Source: Azolla caroliniana (lineage: Eukaryota > Plantae > Polypodiophyta). Taken from it: DNA of 64,000 nt. Under the pieces are notes generated by a model. The model did no database searches, had not been told where the DNA came from, and saw nothing but the letters and a program-made list of their open reading frames with translations. Of the stretch, positions 41,500 to 55,025 are shown in pieces. Numbering within the stretch: position 1 is the stretch's first letter; each line of letters starts with the position of its first letter. A program made the translations under genes and the position numbers. The DNA lies in NCBI GenBank assembly GCA_043228905.1, contig JBHGNT010000011.1:12400001-12464000 (forward strand), in the 5' to 3' direction.

Positions 41500-42052
41500 A
41501 CATTCTTCACGACAACGTGCCATAGTTGGTGGGTTGCCTTTGGCGATGGCATTAAAACAAAGACATGTGTCAAATGGGACATGTTTTTTCGGTATGGTGG
41601 TTGAAGAACATGCCAAACATAGGTTCATTACATGTCCGGTTGCTAAAGCCATTTGGGTGATTATATCACAAATTTGGGCATCGATAATAGGAAATATTTT
41701 GTCACCTTTTAAGTGGGTTTTTATTATGAGGATAAAGTTATGCCCACATCATCATATAAGGTTGTGTTCGACTACCTTAGATATTGGGGGATGTGGTTTA
41801 ATTGGACCATGAGAAATGGGTTCTTGTTGATGGACTTGATGGGGTAACACAACAACTCCGTTGGATGAAAGAGAAGTTGATTTGACAATTTTCACAACTA
41901 TGTTGTATGGGGATGTTATCCCAAGAGGAGATGGACTTATGTCATCTAGTTTTACAACACTTGAGAGGGTTTCCCTTGCACTATCACTATTTATGAAGTA
42001 GTGAAGATAGCAGGGGTTGTATATCATATTGTTTTAATAACAAAAATTGATT

Positions 42053-42055
<3 letters not shown>
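41500..42055 (+). mobile_element. L1-type LINE 3' fragment (zf-RVT-like) ending in (GA)n
   Basis: GLPLAMAL..GTCFFG..EEHAKHRFITCPVAKAIW, resembling the L1 C-terminal zinc finger. Confidence 0.75.
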
Positions 42056-42102
<47 letters not shown>

Positions 42103-42106
<4 letters not shown>

Positions 42107-42810
42107 GAAATTGTCATCGTATCAAATTAGTTCTCTCAATCTCTATTAGGATGGTTGACACAACAACAAGAAGTGAGTTGATGATTATTGATGGATGTTG
42201 TAGTAATGATGGTTGTGAAAATTACAAAAGGAAAAAATGTATCGATTCTACCGAACATGAGAAAACATCATATGCCACTATTCTTGGTGGGAAATATATT
42301 ATTGGAGATTATTATGATATTGACAGTCGTTGTGATTTTGTTAAGGCTTTGCTTTTTGATTTTATGGAAAAAAAGGAGAAAGATTGTCTGGAGGAGGATG
42401 TTGTAGTGGTGGTGATGGAGACCAAGTCTATGTTAGCAACTTTTGATAGGTTCTATGATCGTGGTGTTATTTTGTATTTTACTAGCAAACTTCCTTTGGT
42501 ATCATGGATTAAGCAGTGGTTGAATTCATTCATAATGCCTATTGTGTTGAGGATGTGTATGTGGGTCCAAGAGGTTTCTATGATGTGGTTTTTTTTATTG
42601 TCAGAACACCTATACAACTTTGATGGCAAAGGTACCAATCTTTTTGATAGAAGATTAGTGCATGTGATGGAATGGGTTCCAATGGTGGATTATAAAGATT
42701 TATTAAAACAACAATGTCCAATTTGGGTGACCTTTGATTGTAATAACTCATTCTTTTGGGATTTACTACCAGAATTGATATCTCAAATTGGTAAAGTTTT
42801 GGTTGCTCCG
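42103..42810 (+). mobile_element. L1-type ORF1 (DUF4283-like) fragment
   Basis: VILYFTSKLP..WIKQW..VHVMEWVP..CPIWV..ISQIGKVL; truncated by the LTR at 42811. Confidence 0.7.
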
Positions 42811-43269
42811 TGTTACGAGCATGACCATATAATATCCCATGGTAAGATTGTAGTGTAGTATTCTATACACATGGATAAAGCGTGAGGGTTAAATGCGAGT
42901 GTAAAGAAGGGAATTATTACTTTTAATCCTTGGGATTAAGACAACCCATTAAGGCCAAGTGTGAACTTGCATGGGGGCCTTAGGATTGGCTATAAATATG
43001 TGGCCTAGCTACCCTCATTGGACACATCTCTTGACTATGTTGAGACTCTGAACTCGTGGTGATCAAACTCTTGTAGCGAGCGCGCTAGTACTAGGTACGA
43101 CTCAATGCTATGACAATGGTATGGGACGCCGATCGAGGCTTGAGTCTGTCTTGATCCCTTCGCTCGGGGGTGCTCGGGTGGATCGACACCCTTCTTCCTC
43201 TCTCTCCTTTCTTATCTATCCATTTCTTATATCATTATCTCATGCTTACATTAGGATCTAGCTCTAACA
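42811..43269 (+). mobile_element. LTR with a decayed PBS-like sequence
   Basis: TGTTA...TAACA ends, TATAAATA at about 42990, followed by gttggtttctaag. Confidence 0.65.
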
Positions 43270-43800
43270 GTTGGTTTCTAAGTCTTGTTTACTAATGTTT
43301 CTTTTGTTGACTGTTTTTTTTGTTGGATGGTGATCGATCGATGTGTGTTTGAGCTTGATCTAGAAACACAGCAACAAAAGAACTTCGATATTCCTTTCTT
43401 TCTTTCTTTTTATATTCTTTCTTCTCCCATTCTAATCATGGTCATGTCATTTTGTATTAATTTCAATCATGAAAATATGTTATAGTGGTAGCAATTGGTT
43501 GTATAAAACATTTACATATGTGTATCGGGTTCATACCTCAATTGACATATAATGGATATGTGATTTGTGTTGTATGCGTACGAGGTCAATACCTCAATTG
43601 CGCATTACATTTACATACATATGTTACGTATGCGTATGAGGTCAATACCTCAATTTTTATGTATTTGACATGCGATCTGTGTCGTATGCGTAATAGGTTA
43701 ATATTTTGATTGCGTATTGTTTATCCTAGGTTGGACTTGGTCACAAACAACAGGGTGTCCATTCCGGAACACTTCTCCAAAGGGGTGGTTAGGATATGGA

Positions 43801-44840
43801 TGTTATCCAGTGCTTCTCCGATTTTGATATGGATTACTTAATACACAACCAATTACTTATAGCACGTGTAACATTAATAGTTTAAGCACAAAACAACAAG
43901 TACACAAAGAACAATAAAATTACGAACAAACCACACTAATCTCTTATTACTTCCAATTTCTTTTACATTGATTCCAGACCCTTTTATAGGCGTCCGGTAT
44001 AGCTTACAAAACGATGCCTTATCGGCTACTAGCTATCAATCGGTGCGGATCCGGGTTGGTACAACTATGCAGATCCGTCCGTTCCTATAATATTACTTAA
44101 CTTATTATAATTATACTCCGCCTTACCGACTCGTCCCGGTTCACATTCTTGCTCCGGAACATACTCTTTAGGCCAACACATGGCATGCCCGTGGGACAGT
44201 GCATTACACGTCGAACACATGGTTGAGCTTCCCTATTCTTCATCGAGTATGTCCAGTATACTCTAGTCCAAGGGCTCGAGCGATTCTTCCTCCATCATTT
44301 GGTGATGTTGTTGTTGATCCAACTGTTGAGACTGTTGTTGCTACTCCGGACCGACTCCGTCCGTCTGCTCCGTTTCGGCTCCTTCTGCTGATCCAGTTGC
44401 GACTCTAGTTGCTGGGATCTTGCCCCCATCGGTTGCTTCTCATCACTTATGTTGATTTGCTCCGCCCGCCGTGCAACTTCCTTCCTTCGATGCTCCCGCT
44501 CATATCCGTCTAGTTGCAGTTGGACGTCGAGTTGCTCGTCTTCAAGTCCGTCGACGAGCTTCCAAACCGCCTCTATGTGTGTGTTGGCCAAGGCATACAA
44601 ATCCTTTGACAATTCCTCCTGGATGGTGACTATGCTTTCCTCATCCATCTTATAGAAATTTTCTTCGTCCTTCTTCCAGTTTTTCGCATCCGCCCGGCGG
44701 AGTTGGAGTTGCGCCACTTGTTTCAACCATTGATGCCAAACTGCCGCTGAATAGTGAACTATCCTTGTTTTCGTTCGGTCCCTCCATGCTTTGACCAACA
44801 TCTAGATTCTGCCAATGCCCATTTTGACTTTGTCTTCCGT
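43801..44840 (-). mobile_element. 3' end of an LTR retroelement (ORF remnant, PPT, LTR at about 44115-43801)
   Basis: Minus-strand PPT-like AAGGCGGAG, TATAAAA and a terminal TAACA; charged ORF 44295-44801. Confidence 0.55.
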
Positions 44841-44849
44841 GGTTGCTAT

Positions 44850-45132
44850 CAAAACCAAGAGAAAAGATAGAGTGACAGAAGAAAGATATAAAGAGATCAC
44901 AAGAAGATAGGAATGAAATGATAAGAGAGGAATGAATGTATTAGATAGGAATGAAATGATAAGAGAAGAATGAGAATGAATACAATATAGGTGATGAGAG
45001 CTTAAGATTGGTGTTGATTCGAATTGGTTTAGGAAGAATTGTATGTTTATATTTATAGGTTCCTATAAAATAGCCTAGAGATTTCTATAATGTTCTAGAA
45101 TGTTCTAGACCTAGAATACTCTAAGATGTTCT
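44850..45132 (-). mobile_element. Partial LTR-like sequence of another element
   Basis: Minus-strand TATAAATA, repeated TTCTAGAA motifs and a pyrimidine-rich downstream region. Confidence 0.45.
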
Positions 45133-45232
45133 CGTTAGGAATAGTACTAAGATAGAGAGGGAATTAGTATTAAAAGATGAGGATTAGTACTAAGAGGGGC
45201 GTAGAACTCTCAGGAGAAGGAGAGAGAGAGAG

Positions 45233-45239
<7 letters not shown>

Positions 45240-45267
<28 letters not shown>

Positions 45268-48200
45268 AATATTAACGTCTTCTAAGGCAAATTTGGCCCA
45301 TGAGACAAATAGGTTACAACAAAAATGAGTGTTTATCCAATCATCAAAACTAAAATAAAAGAAAATAGCTTAAGCTAAGAAAGTTCTAGTAGTGTACAAA
45401 ACTTTGCACTAAGCCTAATCTCATTTCCACCCAAGTCTCTCAAAAAGAAGTGGGAGGTCAAAAGTTTTTGGTGTGGGTGTGACCCATGGTCCCGATGCAT
45501 AGAGTGCCCTAGCCATGGCTTCTAGGCGGTGTAGTTCACGTTCCCTTATTTTCTTTATTGCTTCTACATCTCGTCGAGTTGCTTTGAAACCCGACATCCG
45601 AGGGCGTTTGGTTCTTCTTTGATTTTCTGCTTCATCAAGGAAAAGTCCGAGTGGTGCAGGTGTGTCGACATTCATTGTCTCCCCCTGTTCCTGAAAAACT
45701 TCATTTGTTATATGTTGGTAAACATTAGCAACATTATTATCAACGTTTTGTAATTTATTCTCTTTGTGTTGTTTCAATTCTAAGATGTATCTACCTAATT
45801 TCTTTATATCTAGTGTATCCAATAGTTTAGGGAGGGTGGGAGAGGAACCAAGTATGTCTTGGTATTTTGCCCTTATCTCGGCATAGGTGGGGCATTTGCA
45901 TGTAAAATGGTACTCATCCTCTATCTCTATGTGGCATAACCTACATATCCTTTCCTCCCTAGGGACTCCATTAGTACGTCCATTCTCAATCTCAAGTTGG
46001 TGAGATGATATTCTAAGTTGACCAATGGCACCCCTTAGTGCATGTGGTAAGAATACATCTAGATATTTTGGGCGCGTGATAAAACCTAACTCAGAGAAGT
46101 GCATAAAGTGTTCCTTATAGTACGACATTTTAGATGGGAGTGGCTCTAGTGGGGTGATCCATTTATACCGAGTATAAATTTGCCATATTTCTTGGCGTAT
46201 TTCTTTATTACGGTCCTCATGAGAGATTAAAGTGTTATCAGTTGTGTGGTCATACTTAAGGGGGGTGATCCATTTATAGTGGGGTGATCCATTTATACCG
46301 AGTATAAATTTGCCATATTTCTTGGCGTATTTCTTTATTACGGTCCTCATGAGAGATTAAAGTGTTATCAGTTGTGTGGTCATACTTAAGGGGGGGGAGG
46401 TTAGTAATGTCTAGACCGTTGGCAAGAAGCCAACTCACCATCATGCCATACCATGAGCTAGTATAGCCGGACTCATACAGTGCTCGAGAAGCCTTAAAGG
46501 CTTGGTGGGATATTCTATCAAGTGGTTGGTTATGTATCCTGTGTATAAAGACTACCAGTTGAAAAAGTGCTTCTACTAACATAGGGGGTAGAGTGAACTC
46601 AGCCCTAATAATGTCATGTGGGACCGACGATTTGCTTCGGAGTTGGCGTGATAACATCATCACCAATGGTCTCTCTAATTGCGTCCACATGAAAGATGGT
46701 AGTCCTGGGGCCCAAACCGCTGATGCATACATGAGAGAGGGAGTCACTAATGAGTCAAAGAGCCACCCTTTAGTTCGTGGCTCTTGGAAGTATGCTTGGT
46801 GGCATTGTCTCTCGAGGAGTGAGAGGGATGCATGTCCTCTTGTAAGTCTATCCTTCGCTGCTTGTGTCATCGAAAATTTACCTGAGCGGGCACTGAAAGT
46901 GACTCCGAGATAGACATATGATCCAACCACCTCAACTGGGCTATGGGAGATAGTTAGGTGACACTTAGCTCTAACTTGGGCCGACGTGTGGAAGATAAGG
47001 ACTTTAGTTTTCCCTAGATTCACTACCAATCCTCGTTGTGTGCAAAAGTCATCTAAGGCATTAAGGTGCCTTTGTAGGTCGTGTTCGGATTCAGAGAGCA
47101 AAACTATGTCGTTTGCATAGAGCAAGATACGCACCTGCGTATCCCCAAGGACTACTCCATTGCCTCCCTTACGAGCAATAAAATCTGTGATCTCATCAAT
47201 GTAGATCCCAAAAAGAGTCGGAGATAAGGGGCAACCTTGTTTTACACCAATAGTGCTAGTGAAACTATCGGATATGCCGCCTGGGCATCGAACACACCCG
47301 AACACTTGTTCATATAGTGCGTAGATGGCCCAAACCATGTCATCTGGTAAACTCAAGCTCTTAAGCCTATCAAACAACTGCTCTCTAGGGACCGTGTCAA
47401 AGGCTTTGCGGAAGTCCACAAAACAACAATATAGTTTCTTCTTGCGAGCCTTAGTCTAGTCAATTAAGCATCTAAGTGTGAAGATATGGTCAATAGTGGA
47501 GAAGGCTCGTCTAAAGCTAGCATGTTCAGGTGCACGAAGATTTAAGGTCTCCATATACTCGCTAAGCTCTGCCTCCATTACTGCACCATATAATTTAGCA
47601 AGGGTATGACCTATCATAATGGTCCTATAAGTATTTGGGTCCATGGGGTCCCCCCCTTTATGTATGGGGGCCACTGTGTTCATGGTCCATTGTGGTGGAA
47701 AACCCTCTGCGAGGGCACGATTGAATATTAGAATTAGCAAGGGAGCTAGGCACTCTCTCGCGTATATGATGTGTTCTGCTCGCAATCCTGTGTGGTCCAT
47801 GGACTTCCTATGTTGTAATTTCTTTATGACCTTCATGACCCTAGAGGTCGTGAAGAGTGCCCCCATAGTAGGTCGGGGTGTAGAAGGCATTGGAATGGGT
47901 GGTTGGTTTGGGATGTGGTAAAGTCTCTCTGTATAAGTGTGCCAAGTTTCGAGATCTTCGATGGGTGTTTGTGGTCTTGGTTCCCGTAATCTCTTCCATG
48001 CAGTGGCACAATCGCTACTCATGAGCATGTGGTAGAGTTCCCAATATTGGGATGCCTCCCATGCTCGTCTCTTACGACGTGTCATCTTGCGCATTTCTTT
48101 ACGAGCTTGTACTGAGGTAATACTACCACTGAGTTGCGATATTGTAAGTTGTCGATGTAAGCACCTACAATCCTCATCATACCATCTATTTTGTGGCATA

Positions 48201-50519
48201 CATCCTACTTTACCTTGATTGGAGTGTTTCGTGTATGGGAAACTGCTAACTGCTGCAGAATGAAGGATGTGTGTGAGTTTCGTACTAAGGCTCTCTAAAG
48301 GTAGGGAGGGATCAAGGGAGGAGAGATGGGCTTGAACATGTCGAGCATATATGTCAGAGAGCTCATGTGTGAAATGTATTGTGATGTCATGGCATGGTTG
48401 ACTAGAGTTGGTGACGTTAGAGATATCGCATTTTTTCTCGAAGTATAAGAAACTATGGTCCGCGCCAATAGGACATGGGGCCACTCGGAAGGAGTTAATC
48501 ATGTGGGTAGCTTCAGGGCGTCCTATTAGATAATCGATTGTGCTTTCCCCTCCTCCATGTGGGAAACATGTGAGCTCTTCCGAACCTGGCCACTTGGCTA
48601 AACCATTATATATGACCATCTGGTGCCGACTACCGAGTTCGAGCAAATGATGGCCAAAGCTCGTGGCGTCTGCACCTTGATCCTTTGATGTATGTGTGGT
48701 GTCTATGTCTGAAGGATCGACATTTACCATTTCTAGGTTTCTATTCATTTGAAATATTGTGCATTGTCGGGATTGGGTTCTCGCATTAAAGTCTCCTACA
48801 AGGAATACTTCGCCTTGGGAAGAATATCGGATTATGTCATCCGATAGAGGTTCATATGGGGAAGGCCCATGTGGCACTCCATCATCAACTAATCTCACCT
48901 CGCCAACCAGATTATAACGAGAGCCTTTCGGGGGGAAGTAACAAATGGCGAAAATTACTGCCTTGTCCTTGCTTGTGGAGACTTTCACCCACATAAAACG
49001 AGCTTTTGGGTCTGTGCTCAGTATTTCTATCCTATTATGTAGCTCCCTCCGAAACAATATTGCGACACCTCCAGATCCCCTGGTAGTGCATCGACGTGAG
49101 GTTTGTCTAAAAGCCGACTCCCAACGAAATCCTTCGACTCGTGGGAGTCCCCTATTTGGGCTTTGGTGTGTTTCTACTAGGCAAACTATATCTGATTCCT
49201 TTAATATCCCCTCTAGGCGACCGGGGTGTGTCCAGAGTGCGCCGTTACAATTCCATAAGGTCATCCTAAGTGTGTTTTCTGTCACATGGGCCACATGCCG
49301 TCAATTAGTAGTGCGATCATTTATGATCACTTGCCCATCTCGATAAAAGGCGCGATGCCCGTCTTTGCGAGCTTGCATAACCTTTGGCATACAACTCTTG
49401 CGATGCTCAATTTGCATCTTGGTGAGGTCTTCATCGAGATAGATAGGGTCCCCACCCAATCCTCAAAGAATTGGTCTCCTCTTAAAGAAAGTGATTCTAG
49501 AGTCTAAGTCTTTAAATTGAAGAACTAAGGCTCTCTTCCTAGTTGTGTCGCGTCCGGCCCTCCAAACTTTGGTGATAGGTAGGGTTGTTGTGTACCCTAA
49601 CATTTTCTCGAGTGTTTGTGCATCCTCGTCCGGGGATGCACCTTCCTTGAGCCCAGTGACACGCACATTTAGGCGTTGGGCCTGACGTATTTTCTCCTCT
49701 TCGAGGGTGGTATTAACAATATTTTCATCCTTTATTTCTTTTTTAATGTTTCTTTTAACCACATCTACCCAACCCGTTTTTGCTAACTCTATGTTATTTT
49801 TAACCTCCTCTTTAACTTTTTTGATCTCATCTTTTATATCCTCTATGGAGGATATTTCACCGTCCTCTCGGGATACCTTGATGTCCTTAAGTTGTTGTTT
49901 GAGGTTTGTGTTTTCCTCTTTAAGTTTTTCTATTTTGGCCTTGAGGGTGTCTTTTTCCTCTCTATCTTTTTTCTTGTGGGTTTCGGCGTCTTTCACCCAT
50001 TCTTTCATATCCGTCTCTATTTTTATTAAACGGTTAAACATATCCAAAAAGTCCTCCTTACTTATAGCCTTGTCTTGTGTATCCTTGTGTTCCTTTCGTT
50101 TAGATATTGTAGTGTCAATAAGAAAAGAAAAGAAAAGGATAAAATAAAGGGGTTCGAGACTTAGCCGAGTTTGTGTTATGTCGTAGTCACATCGGCATTT
50201 TGCACACGACGAGCATGCTAAAAGAACAAGGATGCGCCGCCAAGAAAAGAAACGTGACACTCGGCAACCTCAAGAAACAAGGAGGAGAAGAGCACGGCAA
50301 CGGATGATGACGAACTGCAGCAGGTCGTCCAGCATGCCGACGGCAGCAGACGACGACGGACGTCAGAGGCGGCATCGCGGCAACAGACGACAACAACACG
50401 ATGGGGGGGGGGAGTGTAGCTCGGTAGCAGGCGGCGACAGACGTTGTAGACGGCAACGACGACAACGTGGCGCACGATCGTTGCAGAGAGAGGCACGACC
50501 GTTGCAGAGAGAAAAGAGA

Positions 50520-50520
<1 letters not shown>
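45240..50520 (-). mobile_element. Apparently full-length non-L1 LINE (coiled-coil/RRM-like ORF1; ORF2 APE-RT-Cys/His; (TTTC)n tail)
   Basis: ORF1 at about 50100-49270; ORF2 49294-45421 with [60 protein letters not shown]; broken by a stop at 47456 and a duplication near 46270. Confidence 0.95.
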
Positions 50521-50571
<51 letters not shown>

Positions 50572-51138
50572 GATGATAACAAAAGATATATACTATATGA
50601 AGAGAATATACATGAATAGCTAGGATGCTTAAGACTAGCGTTGAACCAATTTGGTTCTCAATAATGCCATTTGCCTCTTTTTATAGTGGCTTAGGAATAC
50701 TCTTGACATTTCTAGAATGTTCCAGAGAAATCTAGAATATACATGGATTTCCTATGTGAAATAATAAATGGAAATAATATTCTTCGTATTACAATGTATA
50801 GCTTAATGGTAAGGCTTCAACACTTGTGACACAGGTCATGGGTTTAAATCCTTTTGAAGCCATACCATGCTATATCATGGCACGACCTCCCCTTAAGACG
50901 ACGAGTTTTATGAGTCGTCTTAGATGGAGGACCTGGCTTGTTGGGATATTGTTGATGAAAGTCCTCAACAAGAGCTGGAGCATTTACCACATTCTCGACT
51001 AGTTCCCAAGTACGCTCGCTTGGACTATAGCCTAACCAATCGACCAAATAGTAGAGCTTGTTGCGAACAATCTTGAAATCGAGGATGGCAGTTACTTCGT
51101 ACTCCGGTCCTGCTTCAAGCTCGATCGGGGGTGGAGGT

Positions 51139-51852
51139 TAACAATGGGCCCAATTCGGTTTCGGTTCGGTTCAGTTTCTTGGCCTTGAAACCAAACCAAA
51201 CCATTTATTAATAATAAAAACCAAACCAAACTGTTTAAAATTTATGAAGCCATTTAAACCAAACCGTTTAAAGAATAGGAGCAACCAAATCGTTTATGAA
51301 AAATTTAAAACAAAACCAAACCAGTTTATCATAAATCAAAACCAAACCAAACCAAACCATTTTTGATTGATGTTAATCATCATACTTATCATAAATTTGT
51401 GTGAGAAAATCATCATAAATTTATTCATTATACTTATCATAAATTTTGTCATCATATTGATCATAAATTTGATCATTACACTTATCATAAATTTGATTAT
51501 CATACTTATCATATTTGATCATTATAAATGAAAAGGAGACTCTACATATAATGCATATAAAATTTAATAATTTAAACTAAAGTTTAAAATTAAAAGTTGA
51601 AAGTTAGAGCCTACAGGGGAAATTTATGAGTATTTTTTAACCTATAAACCTTTAAACCGAACCACATAAATAGAAACCGATAAGTTGATAAACCGCTAAA
51701 CCAGTAAATTCAAAACCGAACCGAATTGAACCGAGACCGATTAGTAACATTTGAAACCAAACCAAATCATTTATTTATCTTCGAACCTATAAACCGTTAA
51801 GCAACGGTTTATCGGTTCGGTTCGGTTCGAATCAAAACCGGGCCCATTGCTA
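51139..51852. mobile_element. 714-bp non-autonomous hAT element between the integrase and chromodomain of element A
   Basis: TIR TA(A/G)CAATGGGCCC; perfect 8-bp TSD GTGGAGGT; many subterminal AAACCG/AAACCA motifs. Confidence 0.93.
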
Positions 51853-54800
51853 GTGGAGGTGGTGTAATACGATTCAGAATAGTATTGTCTTGATACGGTT
51901 CAAGAAGAGAATTATGAAAAACCGGATGTATCTGTAGTTGCGGAGGTAGATCGAGACGAAAAGCGACATCATTAATTTTTTCGATAATACGGAAAGGACC
52001 TAATCGTTGATAGCCCAATTTATCGCATGGGCGAGTAGTCTTGATGTGTTGTCGTAATAGCCATACCCGATCTCCAATGTTAAAACTGAATGGAAACCGA
52101 TGACGATCCGCATAATCCTTCTGTGTTTGTTGAGCTTGTTGTAAATGAGTAGATAAGCCTGCATGTATCTTGTGTAGCCACTCCAAACGATTCTCTACAC
52201 AAGGATTTGTGGGTAACTCCGGAGTTTTGAATACATACCACCAAGGATGATAGCCTGTATAAGCATAAAATGGTGTAAACCTAGTTGATGAGTGGACAGA
52301 GTTATTATACGCAAATTCGACAAAGTGGAGAATATCCGCCTAGTCATCTTGTTGATAGCTTAGAAAACACCGACGATATTGTTCCAGTGTTTGATTTGTT
52401 CGTTTTGCTTGTCCATCTGTTTGCGGGTGGTAGTCGGAGGAGAGGTTACAAGTGACCTTCAGCATTTTGAAGAGATACTTCTAGAATTTTGAGACGAATT
52501 GGGGTCCACGGTCGCTAATGATACTATCGGGGAGGCCATGATGCCGACATACCTCACGCATGACAGTTTCGACAGTTTCTTCACTAGTGATTTCCTTAGT
52601 ACAAGGCAGAAAATGTGCCATCTTCGTATATCAATCTACTACTATTAAGATCGCATCGAATCCCTTTGAAACTAGAAGATCTGTGATGAATTCTAGAGAA
52701 ATGGATTACCATGGCTTGCTTGGAATTGGTAATGGTTCCAATAAACCATATGGATGATGTCTTGGCATCTTTGCCCTTCAACATGTATCACATGTCCGAA
52801 CATAGTCCTCGACAAATCATCGCATATGAGGCCACCAGAATGATCGTTGTACAAAATCCAACGTTTTAGTACTACCGAAATTCCCCGTTGTATATGTGTC
52901 ATGACAATTTTGGACTACTCGAAGGCGACAAGAACCATTAGGAACATATAAGAGTTTCTTAAAGAATAGTAATCCATCATGACATTCGAATTGTCGATAG
53001 TCTGTAACTAGTTGTTGCAATTGTGAACAAGATGCCCGAGAGGGATCAATTTGTGCTAGGATGGCTTGAGCGAAAGTGTCTGTCTTCACGTTGTCGCGTT
53101 GTTACGTGCGTGCGTGGGGAACGAGGCAGGACCACCGGGGACTTGGACCGAGAAATAACTGAGAAGGAGGAGAGTGGAAAGGCAACGGACGCACTTGCAC
53201 ACGCACAAACACGGGAGCACACAGGAATCACAGTCCAATGACATAGCAACACGAGACGACTAGAAGTTCGAGTATATGAACGTGTATGTATATTAATATA
53301 TATATGTATATCGAGACGGTTACAACTAACCGGCCGGTAAGGCGAACACCGATGCCTGTTCACTCACACACACAAAAGAGCGAGATGGAGACTCTACCGG
53401 AAGCACACGGGCTTTCCACGGACCAGAGTCAGCCTCCCGAAAACCCTACGCAAAAATGGCTATGGAGAGTGGTAAAGGAGAAGGGCTCGGTCCCAGTCCG
53501 GCAGCACTTCGTCCTCTCTAACGCGCGATCCCTTCCCCCATTCCTCTCCCTCTCTTTTATAGCCCAAGGAGGGAGGCCGTTATCATTCGTTACATCATAT
53601 CAATTCTCTGTCCTTTCGGACAGAGATACACCTCGATTCACTCCCTATTGAATGCGTGCTACCTAGGATTTCACCTCAACCGACTTGTACCTACCTACTT
53701 ACTATACAACGAAAAGTGTGCTCGCGTGTAAGGGCCGGTTTACACACGCTAAACTCGGTTTCCGCCTAGGGACGATTTTCTTCACGACATCCGCCCCCAC
53801 CTAACCACGCATCCACCGGTATGCGCCAAAATTGGGCTCTTGCTGGAGAAAACTGGTCCATGCTTTTACTCCTCGTCTTCCGGATCGACATCCGCCTCGG
53901 ACCGCCCGTCGTCGCCGTCTATGCTTTCCAGATCCGGCTCGCACTCGTGTCGTTTCTTAAACGCTTTGACCCTCTTCCCCGCTACTGGTATTGCCATCCT
54001 CGTACTGTCGAGCTCCGCAAGATGGTAGGTCCCGTTGTCGTTGGCGCCTGCCACCACGTAAGGCTCGAACCACCTCCTTGCAAACTTCCGCGTTGCCCTG
54101 TGCTGGTTGTCGAGGCTGCTGTCATACACTAGGACCTAGTTGCCTTCCTTGATTTTCTTCGGTCGCAGTCGGTGAGTCCGGTCAAACTGCCCTTTGTTCT
54201 TCAACCTTGCCAACTGAAGCTTCTCCATGGCTCGTTCCATGTCCTCCGGCCTCCGCTCGAGTTGTCGAATCCATGCCGCCAACAGCTCCTCTCGGCTCAT
54301 CTCATCTCTCCAGTCCACCGTGGCCCATGAGGAGATCGTCCACTCCGTTGGCATGATCGGCTTTTGTCCGTACATAAGCTCTGCCGGCATGAACCCGGTT
54401 ACCGAACTATGCGTAGTTCGGTCCGCCCATAAGGCATAAGGTAGCAGTCGTGGCCAGACTTGGCCTCCGCACGTTGTCGTGATGATTTTCGTCCATAGGC
54501 GGAAACCGGGGTGGAATAGGCAAATCGGTGGTGTGCACCATGTGCACATGTATACTAGGAAATGGTGTATAGAAATAAGAGGGGAAATTCTATCCCACAT
54601 TGTAAGGTCCCTCCCTCCTTGGGCTATAAAAGGAAGGGAGGGGTCACTTATGAAGGGGTTGCCTATTTTGCGTATGAGAGGTATACCACTTAGTCTAGAG
54701 TTCTTACCGTTTTAGGGTTAGGGTTTCGTTTAGGGTTTTCCTTATTCATTTTCGGTTAGGGTTTTCTCATAGTCGTTTGGTGCGGCCCATGCGGCCACCC

Positions 54801-55008
54801 TTGTTGTAATCATTCGTTCGTTTTAATATATCTTGTAGTGGATCTTGCTTCCATCTATTTTGGTCTATGCTTATGTGCTACTCTTCATCTTCTCATCCGG
54901 TGTTAAGCTTCTATTTCTCATATCTTATTCTTTCTCCTCTACTCCCTAGTCCGAGACCCCCGTGGTCCCGCCCCTTCTACACGCACGCGTGTAACAACGC
55001 GACATCTT

Positions 55009-55025
55009 TGGTGAACCCGATGTGA
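55009..55025 (+). promoter_or_regulatory. Primer-binding site complementary to tRNA-Trp
   Basis: TGGTGAACCCGATGTGA versus the reverse complement of the plant tRNA-Trp 3' end TGGTGAACCCGACGTGA (recalled from memory). Confidence 0.75.

Larger units (their letters stand above)
45133..53091 (-). mobile_element. Element A: 3' half of a chromodomain Ty3/gypsy element (integrase, chromodomain, PPT, 3' LTR); the LTR is split by a LINE
   Basis: Integrase remnants (SDRGPQF, HPQTDG, RLGPFRI..IHPVFHNSLL); chromodomain YLVDWLGYSPSERTWE; PPT about 50882-50893; LTR halves 50881-50520 and 45235-45133, homologous to 58540-58969. Confidence 0.9.
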
